Of a stretch of 44,784 nt of DNA, positions 7,850 to 18,321 are shown in pieces. Source of the stretch: a virus (Duplodnaviria > Caudoviricetes); the IMG/VR virus record IMGVR_UViG_3300028400_000012, positions 1 through 44,784 of that record, one strand, 5' to 3'. Position 1 is the first letter of the stretch; every line of letters begins with the position of its first letter. Below the pieces are notes generated by a model. The model was not told the DNA's origin. It did no database searches and saw only the letters and a list, made by a program, of their open reading frames with translations. A program made the position numbers and the translations under genes.

Positions 7850-8028
7850 TTTTTAGCCCTGTAAAAGTCGTACATATCTTTTATGACTTCCAGAGGCAAT
7901 GCTAAAATTTCGCGCCAAAGCTCAACGCCTGCAACTGGCAAACCCATAATGTTTTCCTCACATGCTTTTAAGCTACAATATCCGACACCTATTTTATTAA
8001 GTTCTGCCAATATCTCTATTTTGTTCAT
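7846..8028 (-). CDS. Hypothetical protein
   Basis: Start MNKIEIL at 8028 with GGAGG SD. Confidence 0.7.
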   Translation of the reverse strand: MNKIEILAELNKIGVGYCSLKACEENIMGLPVAGVELWREILALPLEVIKDMYDFYRAKK

Positions 8029-8246
8029 TGTTTTACCTCCAATAAACATGAAATTGCTGTCGCCAAATATAAAATTAGCACTACCGTCGCTACTGTAATT
8101 TCACCTTTTCTAAATTTTTCTTTTCTTAATTTCATTTCATGCCTCGATTTTTTACCAATCTGGTAATTAAATATATTTATTTTAACTTTGTCCCGTTTTG
8201 TAAAAAATACAAACCTATTAAAGAAATTTTTTATTAATTCTTTCAT
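8025..8246 (-). CDS. Small membrane protein (lysis region)
   Basis: C-terminal hydrophobic segment. Confidence 0.6.
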   Translation of the reverse strand: MKELIKNFFNRFVFFTKRDKVKINIFNYQIGKKSRHEMKLRKEKFRKGEITVATVVLILYLATAISCLLEVKQ

Positions 8247-8532
8247 TTTTTAGGTGCTCCAAAAGCAAATCAATCCCAGCTGTATGTAAAACAACTGATA
8301 AAGCAATATAAAACTGACTAAAAAACCATTCTAATACATTCCCAAAGCTTATAAAAACCGCAAAAATCATCAAAATCGTACTTATTAGAATTGATAAAAT
8401 AATTAAAATATGCTCATCTCTATGCCGTTTTGGCAAAGTTCTATTTTTAAACTGCAAAACAAGCTCTATTAACATTCTTCCAATTGAATAAACTACAAGA
8501 AAAAAGCTAATAGAAAAATAGACTCTATCCAC
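8218..8532 (-). CDS. Membrane protein (lysis region)
   Basis: About three hydrophobic segments. Confidence 0.65.
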   Translation of the reverse strand: MDRVYFSISFFLVVYSIGRMLIELVLQFKNRTLPKRHRDEHILIILSILISTILMIFAVFISFGNVLEWFFSQFYIALSVVLHTAGIDLLLEHLKNERINKKFL

Positions 8533-8866
8533 TTAAAAACCTTTTCAAAAGATTTGTAATATCCAAAGCATAGAACGTATCTAAAACTTTAGGTGACATA
8601 AACCCAGCCAGAGCCGTTAAAGGGTTCAAAAGCTGCTTATCTATATTGTAGTAAATTAATGTTTCTTTTGTCAAATAGCCCATAAATACTGCCAAAATTA
8701 CAATAAAGATAAACTCTTTTATACTAAGTTCAATTTTTCCGTTTTTGTGCAAATATATATAAGCTGCAAAGCCTCCCACACCCGCTGCCAAATAGGGCTG
8801 GATATAGGAAGTCAATACGACAATTATGGCGTTTAGGTAAAATTCTGCTACACTCCCTTTTTTCAA
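8525..8866 (-). CDS. Putative holin
   Basis: Three TM segments, AAGVGGFAAY...LTALAGFMSPKVL holin-like pattern. Confidence 0.65.
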   Translation of the reverse strand: MKKGSVAEFYLNAIIVVLTSYIQPYLAAGVGGFAAYIYLHKNGKIELSIKEFIFIVILAVFMGYLTKETLIYYNIDKQLLNPLTALAGFMSPKVLDTFYALDITNLLKRFLSG

Positions 8867-8885
8867 TATCCAGCTCCATGTTGAT

Positions 8886-9278
8886 TTATTTTAAAACGAC
8901 TTTTTTATCTGCCCGCTTGATACCGTATGCACCTAAAACAGTAAGTACGATTTGCAAAATTCCGACCCAAAGATCATGTACTTGCTGCCATTGTCCGGCA
9001 ATATCAGGCGGCAAAGCTTGTACCCCACCAGATAGTACGCCAAAAACCAGCGCTAGCACACCCATAAAGCCCAAACCGCTTGTATATTGCGTTACCCTTC
9101 TAAAGAGTATCAGCGTGCCTGTAATGGCTGCGGGGACACTCGTATAAAGATAGTTAAGCTGGTCGGCACTAATACCGACACCAGCCAAACCTAAAGCAAA
9201 GGCAATTAATCCTAGCCCGGATTTTACCCCCAGTGATTCATACCATTTTTTGAATCCTGTAAAAATATTTTTACTCAT
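8886..9278 (-). CDS. Holin-like membrane protein
   Basis: KKWYESLGV N-terminus, about 4 TM segments, LGAYGIKRA basic C-terminus. Confidence 0.6.
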   Translation of the reverse strand: MSKNIFTGFKKWYESLGVKSGLGLIAFALGLAGVGISADQLNYLYTSVPAAITGTLILFRRVTQYTSGLGFMGVLALVFGVLSGGVQALPPDIAGQWQQVHDLWVGILQIVLTVLGAYGIKRADKKVVLK

Positions 9279-9580
9279 TAGTAAATCTCCTCAATTTTGT
9301 CTTTGTGGTTTTTTAGAATCTCCATAACAAGCCCTTTGCTCATGGTGGTCTCATCAAATAATATTTCGTCACCTTTTTTAAATTTGAGTTTCGCATATTC
9401 ATCACCTTTATTTGTGCACTTAACAAGCTTTTTCTTATAAAGCTCCTGCCACTCCTTATCAAGATTTTCCGCATCTTCTTTAGGCAATGTTTGTGAATTG
9501 TATTCGACCTCAAAATCTTCCAAAACTCTAAACCCGTCCAAAATTCCATCATTAAAGACTGTTTCATTTTGTTTTACCAT
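9278..9580 (-). CDS. Hypothetical protein
   Basis: GGAG SD; TAATG coupling. Confidence 0.7.
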   Translation of the reverse strand: MVKQNETVFNDGILDGFRVLEDFEVEYNSQTLPKEDAENLDKEWQELYKKKLVKCTNKGDEYAKLKFKKGDEILFDETTMSKGLVMEILKNHKDKIEEIY

Positions 9581-9591
9581 TTTTTTACTCC

Positions 9592-10065
9592 TTATATTGG
9601 CATTACTTCAATTGTAAGAAATACGTTATCATTGTATTCTTGACTTGCAAAAGCGCGTATTATCAATTCTGTATTTGCTGATGCATTATATATTGCAGAA
9701 ATACTATATATATTGCCATCTGACGGTGCCGAAACAGTAGGGGTATAATTGCCTCCAAGACACTGTTGTATACTCATATATTTATCCTGTAATCTATGTA
9801 TATCTATTTTTACTACACAGTCAACTAATGGAACAATGCCAAGTAATTGACGTACGTTATTAGAGCCAAAATTAAAAATTACCTTCTTGTTTGACTGAAC
9901 ATTTTGTAGAGATGGCGGATAGTATGGAGTTTTGTTACATGTATAATCTACCATTTCACTTTCTGATGCTCTATCAATATAAACAATTTCTGGCAACTTA
10001 CTTTTAATAATAGGCAGGTATTTTTTTACCGATTCTCTAATATATTCCTTAAGAGTTGTAGCCAT
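9592..10065 (-). CDS. Putative fibre tip/receptor-binding domain
   Basis: N-terminus paralogous to 10065..10835; beta-rich C-terminus; last gene of the tail cluster. Confidence 0.5.
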   Translation of the reverse strand: MATTLKEYIRESVKKYLPIIKSKLPEIVYIDRASESEMVDYTCNKTPYYPPSLQNVQSNKKVIFNFGSNNVRQLLGIVPLVDCVVKIDIHRLQDKYMSIQQCLGGNYTPTVSAPSDGNIYSISAIYNASANTELIIRAFASQEYNDNVFLTIEVMPI

Positions 10066-10835
10066 TATGAATTATCCCAGTCCGTTTGTGCCTCTGATGA
10101 TGTGATATCGGTAAAAGCCAAACTATTTTTTATCTCGGTTGTAAAGTGTTTTTTTGTCGCCGTTTCTGCAATATTGTCAAGCGTCAAGCTTTCTAAATCA
10201 TCTCTGTTTGCCTTAATAAAATCAACCACCTCTTGTAACTCGTCCAGCGTTGTATCATCTGAAGCCAGAATTGCGTTAATGTCATCAATTTGCTGCTGTG
10301 TTGCATATGTTGCGTTCGGGTCTGCTGCTAGCTTGTTGACTTTTGATTTGTCGCCGTTTGTATAGTTATTATCGGTATGCACATACTCACTATCATGAAC
10401 TACATCAGCAGGTAAAACATAATGATTTGCATTTGCTTCAATACCATCAAGCTTATTTTTTAGCTCCGTTGTAAACGCCGCCGTAATAGCACTCAAAATT
10501 GTCATATTTGAGTGGGTATGCAGAGATGATAAATCGGGCTTGTTTTTGATATAGTCATCCGCTCCAGTATCTGTTTGTGCCCAGTCTGATTGTACGTTAT
10601 CGTCACCACCCATAGTTTTGGCAACCTCAACGCCTTTTTCAAGTTTTGAAATTGCTATTTGGATAGTATCATTTTCACCAACCGGGCTTTCGGCTGCTGC
10701 CATTGAATAGCTTACCAAATTTAAATTTGTGGCGTTTTTTCCGGACAACTCTTGTTTTGTCGCCATCGTATTTTTAATAATTGTTAAATACTCTTTTATA
10801 CTTTCTCTAAAGTAATCTTTCAAGTTTAAAGCCAT
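10065..10835 (-). CDS. Fibre protein
   Basis: NVQSDW...DDYIKNKP, HTHSN..IL, KLDGIEANAN, HTDNNYT, TLDELQEVV fibre motifs. Confidence 0.75.
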   Translation of the reverse strand: MALNLKDYFRESIKEYLTIIKNTMATKQELSGKNATNLNLVSYSMAAAESPVGENDTIQIAISKLEKGVEVAKTMGGDDNVQSDWAQTDTGADDYIKNKPDLSSLHTHSNMTILSAITAAFTTELKNKLDGIEANANHYVLPADVVHDSEYVHTDNNYTNGDKSKVNKLAADPNATYATQQQIDDINAILASDDTTLDELQEVVDFIKANRDDLESLTLDNIAETATKKHFTTEIKNSLAFTDITSSEAQTDWDNS

Positions 10836-10851
10836 TTTGTTACTCCTATTT

Positions 10852-11079
10852 TTATGAATTTGCCCAGTCGTCTAAAGCGTCGATTTGGGTAATTGTTTGT
10901 GCTATAACCAAATTATCTTCTATTTCGTCTTCTGAAACAAAACCAGAATCGTTGGTTAAATCACTTGTCTTTTTTGGAACTACTATACTTAACGCTGTTG
11001 TCGTTGTTTTAACAGAAAAGACAAACTTGTTAAAATTTATATTGTTTGTCGGGTCTATTTTTGTAATTATCGTCTTCAT
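10852..11079 (-). CDS. Small fibre/adaptor protein
   Basis: VPKKTSDLTNDSGF fibre motif; C-terminus like that of 10065..10835. Confidence 0.6.
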   Translation of the reverse strand: MKTIITKIDPTNNINFNKFVFSVKTTTTALSIVVPKKTSDLTNDSGFVSEDEIEDNLVIAQTITQIDALDDWANS

Positions 11080-11396
11080 GCCGTTATATCCTCTATAACA
11101 TCAATATAAAATGTATCGGTACTTTTTATATTGCCATTTTTGTTATACTGGATATCAGTCTTTATTTTGCCTATTCTAAAATCTGTATTATTTAGTTCAA
11201 TTTTATATTCTCCCTCTTCTTTATTTGTTATGGTTATCCCGTTTCCGGTTCTTAGAGAAAAAGCCAAATCATTATCAAGATATTTTCCATCCATTTTTAT
11301 AGTATAGCCAGTTAGGTCAATTGGCTGGTTATTGTCATCAACCAATTTAACCCCTAACTCCAAAGTATCGCCACGTTTTAAATTTAATACTGTCAT
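11076..11396 (-). CDS. BppU-N-like Ig-fold adaptor protein
   Basis: LKRGDT.....LVDDNNQPIDLTGYTIKM...G.ITIT....G.Y pattern. Confidence 0.65.
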   Translation of the reverse strand: MTVLNLKRGDTLELGVKLVDDNNQPIDLTGYTIKMDGKYLDNDLAFSLRTGNGITITNKEEGEYKIELNNTDFRIGKIKTDIQYNKNGNIKSTDTFYIDVIEDITA

Positions 11397-13147
11397 TTTT
11401 CACCCCATTCGATAAAATAAAGCCTACATACCGTCATATCTTTTTTATCTGCTTCTATTCTTATAGTTGTTTCATTATTGGATACATCAATCGTATTGTA
11501 AAATATTTTTGTTCTGTCATTTTTAATCTCCGTTCTATTTATAGTAAGCTCCTCTCCAAACAAATAAACATGGAAGTCATTAATATGCTCAATGCCGTCA
11601 ATTATTCCTATTTCAAAAATAGGTGTTATTTGTTTTGTTTCCTTTATTATTTTATACGGAATTTCAATATAAGCATTATCAGCAGTTGCAATTAGGCAAT
11701 GTTTATCAATACCATCTGTTTCATCAAAATTTTGATAATCTAAACCAAAGGTCTTGAAATACTCAAAGTCATATTTATCTATTGCTTTATAATTTTTGTT
11801 CTGCCCATAATCTATTTCTCTTGTTTCAAAATAAATTTTATATTTTGCACCGTGCGTTACAAAATATCCCCAAAAATAAAATTTTTTATCTTCTAATATA
11901 TCAATACTAAATTCTAAAAATTTTAAATTATCACCGCTTGTATAATATTTATCATCGTTGCAATATCCCCCAACTCTAATATTGCCAAAATATCCAAATG
12001 TACCATTCCCAATGCGTCCGTCAAGATCGCCTTTGTATGGCGTAAAGGACTCTATCCTTACAAAAAGCTCACCAGTAATAAGGGATTCAAAGTAAAACTT
12101 ACTATAAAACTGTTCAGCACCTCCTATATTTCCATAATAGAATATAGTTCCACTTGCTGGAAAATCTTTTAAGTGAATTGGATTTATTATAGTTCCCTCA
12201 CAATCTTCAGGTAGATTATCCAAACAATTGTCGCTTGCATCAGCATTTTTACAGCTTAAAATATACTCTTGTTTCCAATCGTCTTCAAACTTTATAGAAT
12301 CTCGATTATCTACCCATCCCCTCAAAGCTACTCTTGCTTCTGAAACAACTGAATTTTTGCCGTTAAAACTATAACTATCCAAAGAAAAAAGCCCGACTTG
12401 CTTCGTTGCGAAAGGGTCGATAAAAGTAACTTTTTTCATTATCCAGTCATTTAAATAGTTATTAGTACCGTCAATGTTTGCAAACTCTAAACGTCGATAT
12501 TTTGCTGAAAACAAACCTGATAACTTACTTCTTAAGTATGCTGCTGACGGGTCATCATTATTAGCCGCATCTTTAAAAACTGTATATGTTACATTATAGG
12601 TACTATCCCAACTCAAAAGATTTGTTTCTCCAGAATCCCTACCACCTGTAAGCTGTTTCGGAATAGATACAGCCTTAGCACTTTGTGAAAAATTCCAATT
12701 TAAGCACCCTAAAAATTCAGGTATCCCATAATCGATTCTTCCAATATAGCCAGTTCCGTTTAGCGGGTAGATATAAATTTCCATAAAACCGCTATTTTGT
12801 ATTGCGGTCATTTCAAGATAAATATTAATATCGTAAAAACTTTTTATCATTTCTCCACCGTTTATAATCGGTCTCGAAATAAGCCTTTCAGTCTCTTTTT
12901 CTTTTTCCTCTAAAAGATTTCCACTGTTATCAAAAACTTTGACTTTTACTTTTGAAGCTGAAATATTATGAAAAACTACAAATTGCATATCGTCATAAGG
13001 AACCTTCAAATAAAGATAATTTTCGCCATCTGGGATTTTTGTAACAGTATTGTATCTATCATCAAAAAGTTTAACTATCTCTCTCGTCGTTGTATTATGC
13101 TCAACAACATCACGCCACCCGATTTTCTGCTCTAAGATGTAATTCAT
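11393..13147 (-). CDS. Tail tip/structural protein
   Basis: 584 aa directly after the tape measure gene; beta-rich. Confidence 0.6.
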   Translation of the reverse strand: MNYILEQKIGWRDVVEHNTTTREIVKLFDDRYNTVTKIPDGENYLYLKVPYDDMQFVVFHNISASKVKVKVFDNSGNLLEEKEKETERLISRPIINGGEMIKSFYDINIYLEMTAIQNSGFMEIYIYPLNGTGYIGRIDYGIPEFLGCLNWNFSQSAKAVSIPKQLTGGRDSGETNLLSWDSTYNVTYTVFKDAANNDDPSAAYLRSKLSGLFSAKYRRLEFANIDGTNNYLNDWIMKKVTFIDPFATKQVGLFSLDSYSFNGKNSVVSEARVALRGWVDNRDSIKFEDDWKQEYILSCKNADASDNCLDNLPEDCEGTIINPIHLKDFPASGTIFYYGNIGGAEQFYSKFYFESLITGELFVRIESFTPYKGDLDGRIGNGTFGYFGNIRVGGYCNDDKYYTSGDNLKFLEFSIDILEDKKFYFWGYFVTHGAKYKIYFETREIDYGQNKNYKAIDKYDFEYFKTFGLDYQNFDETDGIDKHCLIATADNAYIEIPYKIIKETKQITPIFEIGIIDGIEHINDFHVYLFGEELTINRTEIKNDRTKIFYNTIDVSNNETTIRIEADKKDMTVCRLYFIEWGEK

Positions 13148-16100
13148 ACCGCCGCTCCATTCGCATAATTTACAGCTGCCAACTTGTCCATACTAGCTGC
13201 CAAATCAGCATTTTTAGCCGTTGCACTAGCCGCCGCCTCTTTAGCCCCGTTTGCCGCCTGTGCTGCCGCCTTTGCCGCTTCTGTCGCCGCTCTTGCACTA
13301 GCCGCCGCACCTTCGATCATCCCTCTTAAGCCACCAACCGCACTAGCTATCTGGCTTCCTGCGCTATAAACCGCGCTTGTTGTTGCATTTTCAGCCGCTA
13401 CAAGTTGACCAATTGAACCGGACATCTGGCTTACTGCTGCCGAAACAGGAGCCAAAGCATTTGAGACAGCTGAAGCCATTTCAGGCGCGATATTTGCCAT
13501 TGAAGCGGTCATAGCGTCAATACTTTGCGCTACTGGTGCCAAAGCATTTTCTATTGTAGCGGGTAAAGCTTCCATAGTGGCGGTTACTGGCTGCAAAGCC
13601 GCGCTAAAGCTTTCCGGCAACATTTTAACGCTTTCAATCATAGGCTGCATTGCCGTATTGAAGCTTTCCGGCAAAACCTTTATCGATTCGTTAACCAGCC
13701 CCATGCTATCAATCATCGGTGCCATTGCTGCGTTAAAGCTTTCAGGCAACATGGCTATTGATTCCGTTACTGGCTGCAAAGCTGCGTTAAAAGTATCCGG
13801 CAAAAGACTAATAGACTCATTTAGCGGTGCTAATGCTGTATTAAAAGCGTTTGGCAACTCTGTAACTGCTGTTGCAACTGGCTCCATGCTCGCGTTAAAG
13901 GCATCCGGTAGAGTTGCAATAGCTTGATTTGTAGCGTCAAGAGCCGCCCCCAAAGGCTGAAGAGCAGAATTAAAAGTATCCGGTAACTGTGACATCATAT
14001 CATTTAAGGGCTGCATAGCAGTACCCAGTTGATTTGGTATTTCTGCTATTCCTTGCCCGACCTGCTCAAAAGTCGCCGCCAAATTATCCGTAAGCCCATT
14101 CATAGATTGCGTTATTGCATCCGGTATAGTCTCAATCGTTTGGCTTATTGGCTGGATTGATTGCGCAATATTTTCCGGCAAAGCCTCAAGCGTTTGCGCT
14201 GTTTGGTCGTTTTTTAAACTATCCGCTAAGTTATTAATAGCATCCTGCAAAATCTGGTCTCCATTTGCCTGCTTATCGCTCAAAAGCCCTTCTATTGAAG
14301 ATAAAATAGCTGTTTGCGCTTGCAATTCACTGATTAAAGCCTGTTGTTCTGTAACCGCCTTGTCTTTTCCCATTTCGGCAATTTGTGCAATAGCTTTATC
14401 AAGCGCACCTTGAATTTCTGTCGCTATGCCTTTTGTTAAAGTTCCATCACTCAATTTGTTTAAGGCTGCTGTCATTTCAGCTTTTTCGCTATTTAATCGG
14501 TTAATCTCCTCTGTTAGTCTATTGATTGCGTCCGTATCGCCTAGCTTTTTAGCTTCGTCAAGCTGTCCGGTTTTTAGTTGTATATCTTTTAGTGTTTCAC
14601 TAAGTCCAACTTTCAAAGTATTGGTAATTTCTGCAATAAGCTTATCGTTCGCTTGTTGCGCACCGCTTGCTACTTCCTGTAATTTATTATCAAGAGTAGC
14701 TTTAAAGCCCTGTACTTCGGATAACGTCTGTTTGCTAAGGTCTAAAATTTCATTTGTTTTATCAGCTACCTGAAGTTTTGAAATTGTATCAAGTACATTT
14801 TTTAGTGTAGTCTCAATAACATTGTTTTGCTGTTCGTCAATTCCTCTAAGCTTGTTAATAAACGCATCAAACCCGGATATTACCCCGTCAAACTCTCCAA
14901 TCATGCCTTTTAGCGCATCAACAAAGCTTTTTGTTGCTGTCGCGGCATTTTCTAAAGCCGTTTGCGCTTCATGCCAATTTTGGATATTTTCAGGGGTAAA
15001 GTTAAAGCCTTTTAGTGCTTCATCTCTGATCTTTTGGAAATTTTGCAAATTGAAAGATTGCCCAACGGTATCAAAGGCTTCTTTGAGTTTTTGCCCGGCA
15101 TCTAGCGCCTTTTGTCTTAGCACTTCAATACTTCCATTAAGATCAAAGTAATCATTAAAGAAATTTTCAAATTGCGCTTTATCAACCTTAATTGTTTCTA
15201 GTCCGGCGTTTATTGCTTCTACAACACTTTGCCCTGTTTGCCTTGCCCAATTTTCCCAAGCTGATTTTACCTTTTCAAAATTTGCTGTTATTTCAGAAGT
15301 ATGGTCAACATTGAAAACATCAGTAATCACACCATTAAATTTTATCATAACAGTCTCAACCGCATTTTTTAGCTTATCGCTAAAACCTGTTATGCCCTTT
15401 AGTAGCATATCGGAAACATCGGCATCAAACTCTATCGGGGTTTTAAGCATAGAGTTTTTAAAGCTATCAGAAATTTTTTTGCTTATTTGTTTGCCCAAAT
15501 CTCCAAAAGCACCTTCTAAATTAATATCAAGGCTATCAATCATGCCCTTTTCAAACTTGAAACTCTGGCTGATTGCTTCAACGATTGTTTTATCAATACT
15601 CTTTGCATAGGCTTCAAATTTTGCTAAAGCCTCTTGCTTAATAGATTCAGACAGCATTTTATTAATTTGATTTTTGCCAATTGTAATACCTAAAATGCCG
15701 TGAGAGCTACCAACCGTATCATATTCTGTTTTAAAAGTTCCCAATATGGCTTCACCCACTTTTTTATCAAGGTCTTTGGCTGCGATTTTGCCTTTTAGTG
15801 CAAACTTATTGGCTCCGTCGATTGCGCTATCAATTTGCGCGATAAGCTGCTCAATACTCTTGAAGTAATTAACAATTTCGGCGCCCGCCGCTTTTGTAAT
15901 GGTTCTATGTTTGTCGTTGAAGCCAAACCATCGATCTTTTTTCCAACGCTCCCATTCAGTTATATTGTCAAAGCCCTGAAAGTTAATTCCACTATTTGTT
16001 TGTTCCCATTTTCCGCCTGTGAGACCACCTAAAATGCCACCAGTAATGCCACCCGCCACTGTACCTATTCCGGGCACTATACTTCCTAGTGCCGCTCCGG

Positions 16101-18321
16101 CGGCGGCATAATCGCTAGCATTTGTCCGTGTTCCGGCTAAGTTATCAAGTATATTTCCAGCTCCATAGGCAACGGTTCCGGCTGCTCCGGCTTTCCCCAA
16201 TATCCCGGCTGTCGCCTTACTAAGCCCAAAAGATGTTAGTAGTTTTGTATAGTCTCCTGACATGGCATCAAATCCGGTATTAAATCCTTTTATAAGATTG
16301 TCTAAAAAGCTTCCGGTTCCAGTCATTACAGCTTTTGCCATAGCTTTTGATAAACTATCAGCCATACCGTCGATAAAACTTTTAAAGGAATTTCTTATGC
16401 TTCCGGTTTTAAACAAATTCGCCAAAGAGTTTTCAAAGCTATTATTTATCTCTTTTGCCGCATCCTGCCAAATTTTAACCGCCTCTGAAGCCGCTTTACG
16501 TTGCGCTTCAATCATTTTGTCTGAAGCGTCCATAGCTAATTTTAGCTGTTCATCATTAAGAATTTTCCCGTACTTGTCAACTATTTCGTTACGTTTTACT
16601 GCCTTCTCAATTTCAATTGCTATTTCTTTGTCGCCGATTAGCTTGTAATAATCCTCCCATAACTTCATTTCCGCGTCTTGACTTTTGTATATTACATCAA
16701 GCCTTTGCTTTTCAAAGGTTTCGCTCAAAAGTTTTTTATCTGCTTCTAGCTGTTTGGCAATATTGCCTTTATGGAATTGCAAAGCCTGCTTTTCAAGCTC
16801 TTCGATTTTTTTAAACTTGTTTGCATATGAAGTTTCCAAATTAAATAAATCAAATTCTGTTTTGGAGCTTGTCGCTTTCATCCAGTCTTTTGTTATCGTT
16901 TCATTTAACTTTTGAACGTTACTAAGCATTTTCTTGTACGCTGCTGCTGCTCTTTTGGCTGCTGCTTCACTAGCACGCGCTTTTTTCTGCTCTTCGGTCT
17001 CCCATAGTTTTGTAGCCTGTTTGGTAAGCCGTGCCATTTCTTTATTATAAACCTGTAAAACCTGATTATATGCCTTTGAGTTTGGCTTTAAATTCTTTGT
17101 AAGATTATTAAATTTTTCTGCCATTTGCCCCATGACATCATCTATGGCGCTAAAGCTTGCTATTTTCATGCCTTCCAAAACAGATGTATTTATGCTTGAA
17201 CTTATTAATTTTGCCTGCCCTTGTATTGCTTCGTTTGTATATGTTCCAACGGTATCAGCTAAGTCTTTTAATTGCCTTTCAAGCTCGGCTTTTTTATCCT
17301 TTAGATTTATTTCGCTATCACCGAAAAATGTATCCCAAAGCCCAACGCCGTTTTTTAATTTGTTGTCTATTTCTTCGATTTGAGAATATAAAAGCTGTGC
17401 TTTTTTGTTAATTTCATCAATCCCGTTAAGCTCAAAAACGCCAGCATTTAATAATCTATTTTTTTGCGGGTCTCCAAAAATATCTATATTTAGATTATTT
17501 ATCCAGTCTGCCAAACTATCAAGAGCGGGCTTTATATCATCAAAAATACTTTGTGTTATATTGCCTGCAAATTGGCTCCATGCATTAGAAAGATTAGATA
17601 GAGATTGTCCCATCGTTCCAGCATCAAAGTCAAAGTCTTTTAGCGTATTAAGCACCGTCTCAACACTTTTGCCTTCTTTAGCCAACTCTCTTAATTTAGC
17701 AGGTGCCAAACCAATAGAAGAAAGAAAACGCCCCATTTCTGAATTTGCTTCAAAAGTACCATTTGCCAAACCGTCAACACTTGCTAAAAGCTGCTGGAAC
17801 TCTATCCCGGCGTTTCCGGCTGCAATAGAGATAAGTTTTGTCATCTCTACCATTTGCTTTTGTGTTGCGCCATATCTTTTAGCATTTGCGTAAAGAGCTT
17901 TATATATTTGCGCTGTCTGGTCTAAAGTATGTGGCGTCATCGCATTAATGCGATTCAACTCTCGCATAGTTTCAAGAGCTTCTTTTTGCGCTAAATTATA
18001 TTTTTGCTGAATTGATAATTGTCGCCCTAAGCTATCAAAATTTTCAGATGTTGCAACGATCAAAGAGCGGATACCGTTCGACTGCTCCTCCATCATCCGG
18101 TTAAAGGCTAAACCGTCATGAAGCACCTTTGTAAAAGCATCGCCAACTAGCTTAATGCCTCCAATAGCTCCACCTATCTTTTTTAGCTTCGTAACAAAAC
18201 CATCAAGTCCGGCACCCGCTTTTTTAATTGTTTCGTCAAGACGCTGCAAATCCTCACTGACAACTTTAATAGCTTCTGTTTTTGCATCTGCTTCAATAAC
18301 TAATTTAAGAGTTTTCGCCAT
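13144..18321 (-). CDS. Tail tape measure protein
   Basis: 1725 aa, Ala/Gly-rich helical; TPHTLDQTAQIY tape-measure motif; follows the tail chaperones. Confidence 0.92.
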   Translation of the reverse strand: MAKTLKLVIEADAKTEAIKVVSEDLQRLDETIKKAGAGLDGFVTKLKKIGGAIGGIKLVGDAFTKVLHDGLAFNRMMEEQSNGIRSLIVATSENFDSLGRQLSIQQKYNLAQKEALETMRELNRINAMTPHTLDQTAQIYKALYANAKRYGATQKQMVEMTKLISIAAGNAGIEFQQLLASVDGLANGTFEANSEMGRFLSSIGLAPAKLRELAKEGKSVETVLNTLKDFDFDAGTMGQSLSNLSNAWSQFAGNITQSIFDDIKPALDSLADWINNLNIDIFGDPQKNRLLNAGVFELNGIDEINKKAQLLYSQIEEIDNKLKNGVGLWDTFFGDSEINLKDKKAELERQLKDLADTVGTYTNEAIQGQAKLISSSINTSVLEGMKIASFSAIDDVMGQMAEKFNNLTKNLKPNSKAYNQVLQVYNKEMARLTKQATKLWETEEQKKARASEAAAKRAAAAYKKMLSNVQKLNETITKDWMKATSSKTEFDLFNLETSYANKFKKIEELEKQALQFHKGNIAKQLEADKKLLSETFEKQRLDVIYKSQDAEMKLWEDYYKLIGDKEIAIEIEKAVKRNEIVDKYGKILNDEQLKLAMDASDKMIEAQRKAASEAVKIWQDAAKEINNSFENSLANLFKTGSIRNSFKSFIDGMADSLSKAMAKAVMTGTGSFLDNLIKGFNTGFDAMSGDYTKLLTSFGLSKATAGILGKAGAAGTVAYGAGNILDNLAGTRTNASDYAAAGAALGSIVPGIGTVAGGITGGILGGLTGGKWEQTNSGINFQGFDNITEWERWKKDRWFGFNDKHRTITKAAGAEIVNYFKSIEQLIAQIDSAIDGANKFALKGKIAAKDLDKKVGEAILGTFKTEYDTVGSSHGILGITIGKNQINKMLSESIKQEALAKFEAYAKSIDKTIVEAISQSFKFEKGMIDSLDINLEGAFGDLGKQISKKISDSFKNSMLKTPIEFDADVSDMLLKGITGFSDKLKNAVETVMIKFNGVITDVFNVDHTSEITANFEKVKSAWENWARQTGQSVVEAINAGLETIKVDKAQFENFFNDYFDLNGSIEVLRQKALDAGQKLKEAFDTVGQSFNLQNFQKIRDEALKGFNFTPENIQNWHEAQTALENAATATKSFVDALKGMIGEFDGVISGFDAFINKLRGIDEQQNNVIETTLKNVLDTISKLQVADKTNEILDLSKQTLSEVQGFKATLDNKLQEVASGAQQANDKLIAEITNTLKVGLSETLKDIQLKTGQLDEAKKLGDTDAINRLTEEINRLNSEKAEMTAALNKLSDGTLTKGIATEIQGALDKAIAQIAEMGKDKAVTEQQALISELQAQTAILSSIEGLLSDKQANGDQILQDAINNLADSLKNDQTAQTLEALPENIAQSIQPISQTIETIPDAITQSMNGLTDNLAATFEQVGQGIAEIPNQLGTAMQPLNDMMSQLPDTFNSALQPLGAALDATNQAIATLPDAFNASMEPVATAVTELPNAFNTALAPLNESISLLPDTFNAALQPVTESIAMLPESFNAAMAPMIDSMGLVNESIKVLPESFNTAMQPMIESVKMLPESFSAALQPVTATMEALPATIENALAPVAQSIDAMTASMANIAPEMASAVSNALAPVSAAVSQMSGSIGQLVAAENATTSAVYSAGSQIASAVGGLRGMIEGAAASARAATEAAKAAAQAANGAKEAAASATAKNADLAASMDKLAAVNYANGAAV
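13500..14190 (-). repeat. ~18-aa repeats in the tape measure C-terminus
   Basis: LPDTFNAALQPVTESIAM / LPESFNTAMQPMIESVKM / LPESFSAALQPVTATMEA and others. Confidence 0.9.

Noticed and set aside
9592-13147. Diversity-generating retroelement or invertible tail-fibre switch
   Set aside because: No reverse transcriptase, TR/VR pair, invertase or long inverted repeats seen.
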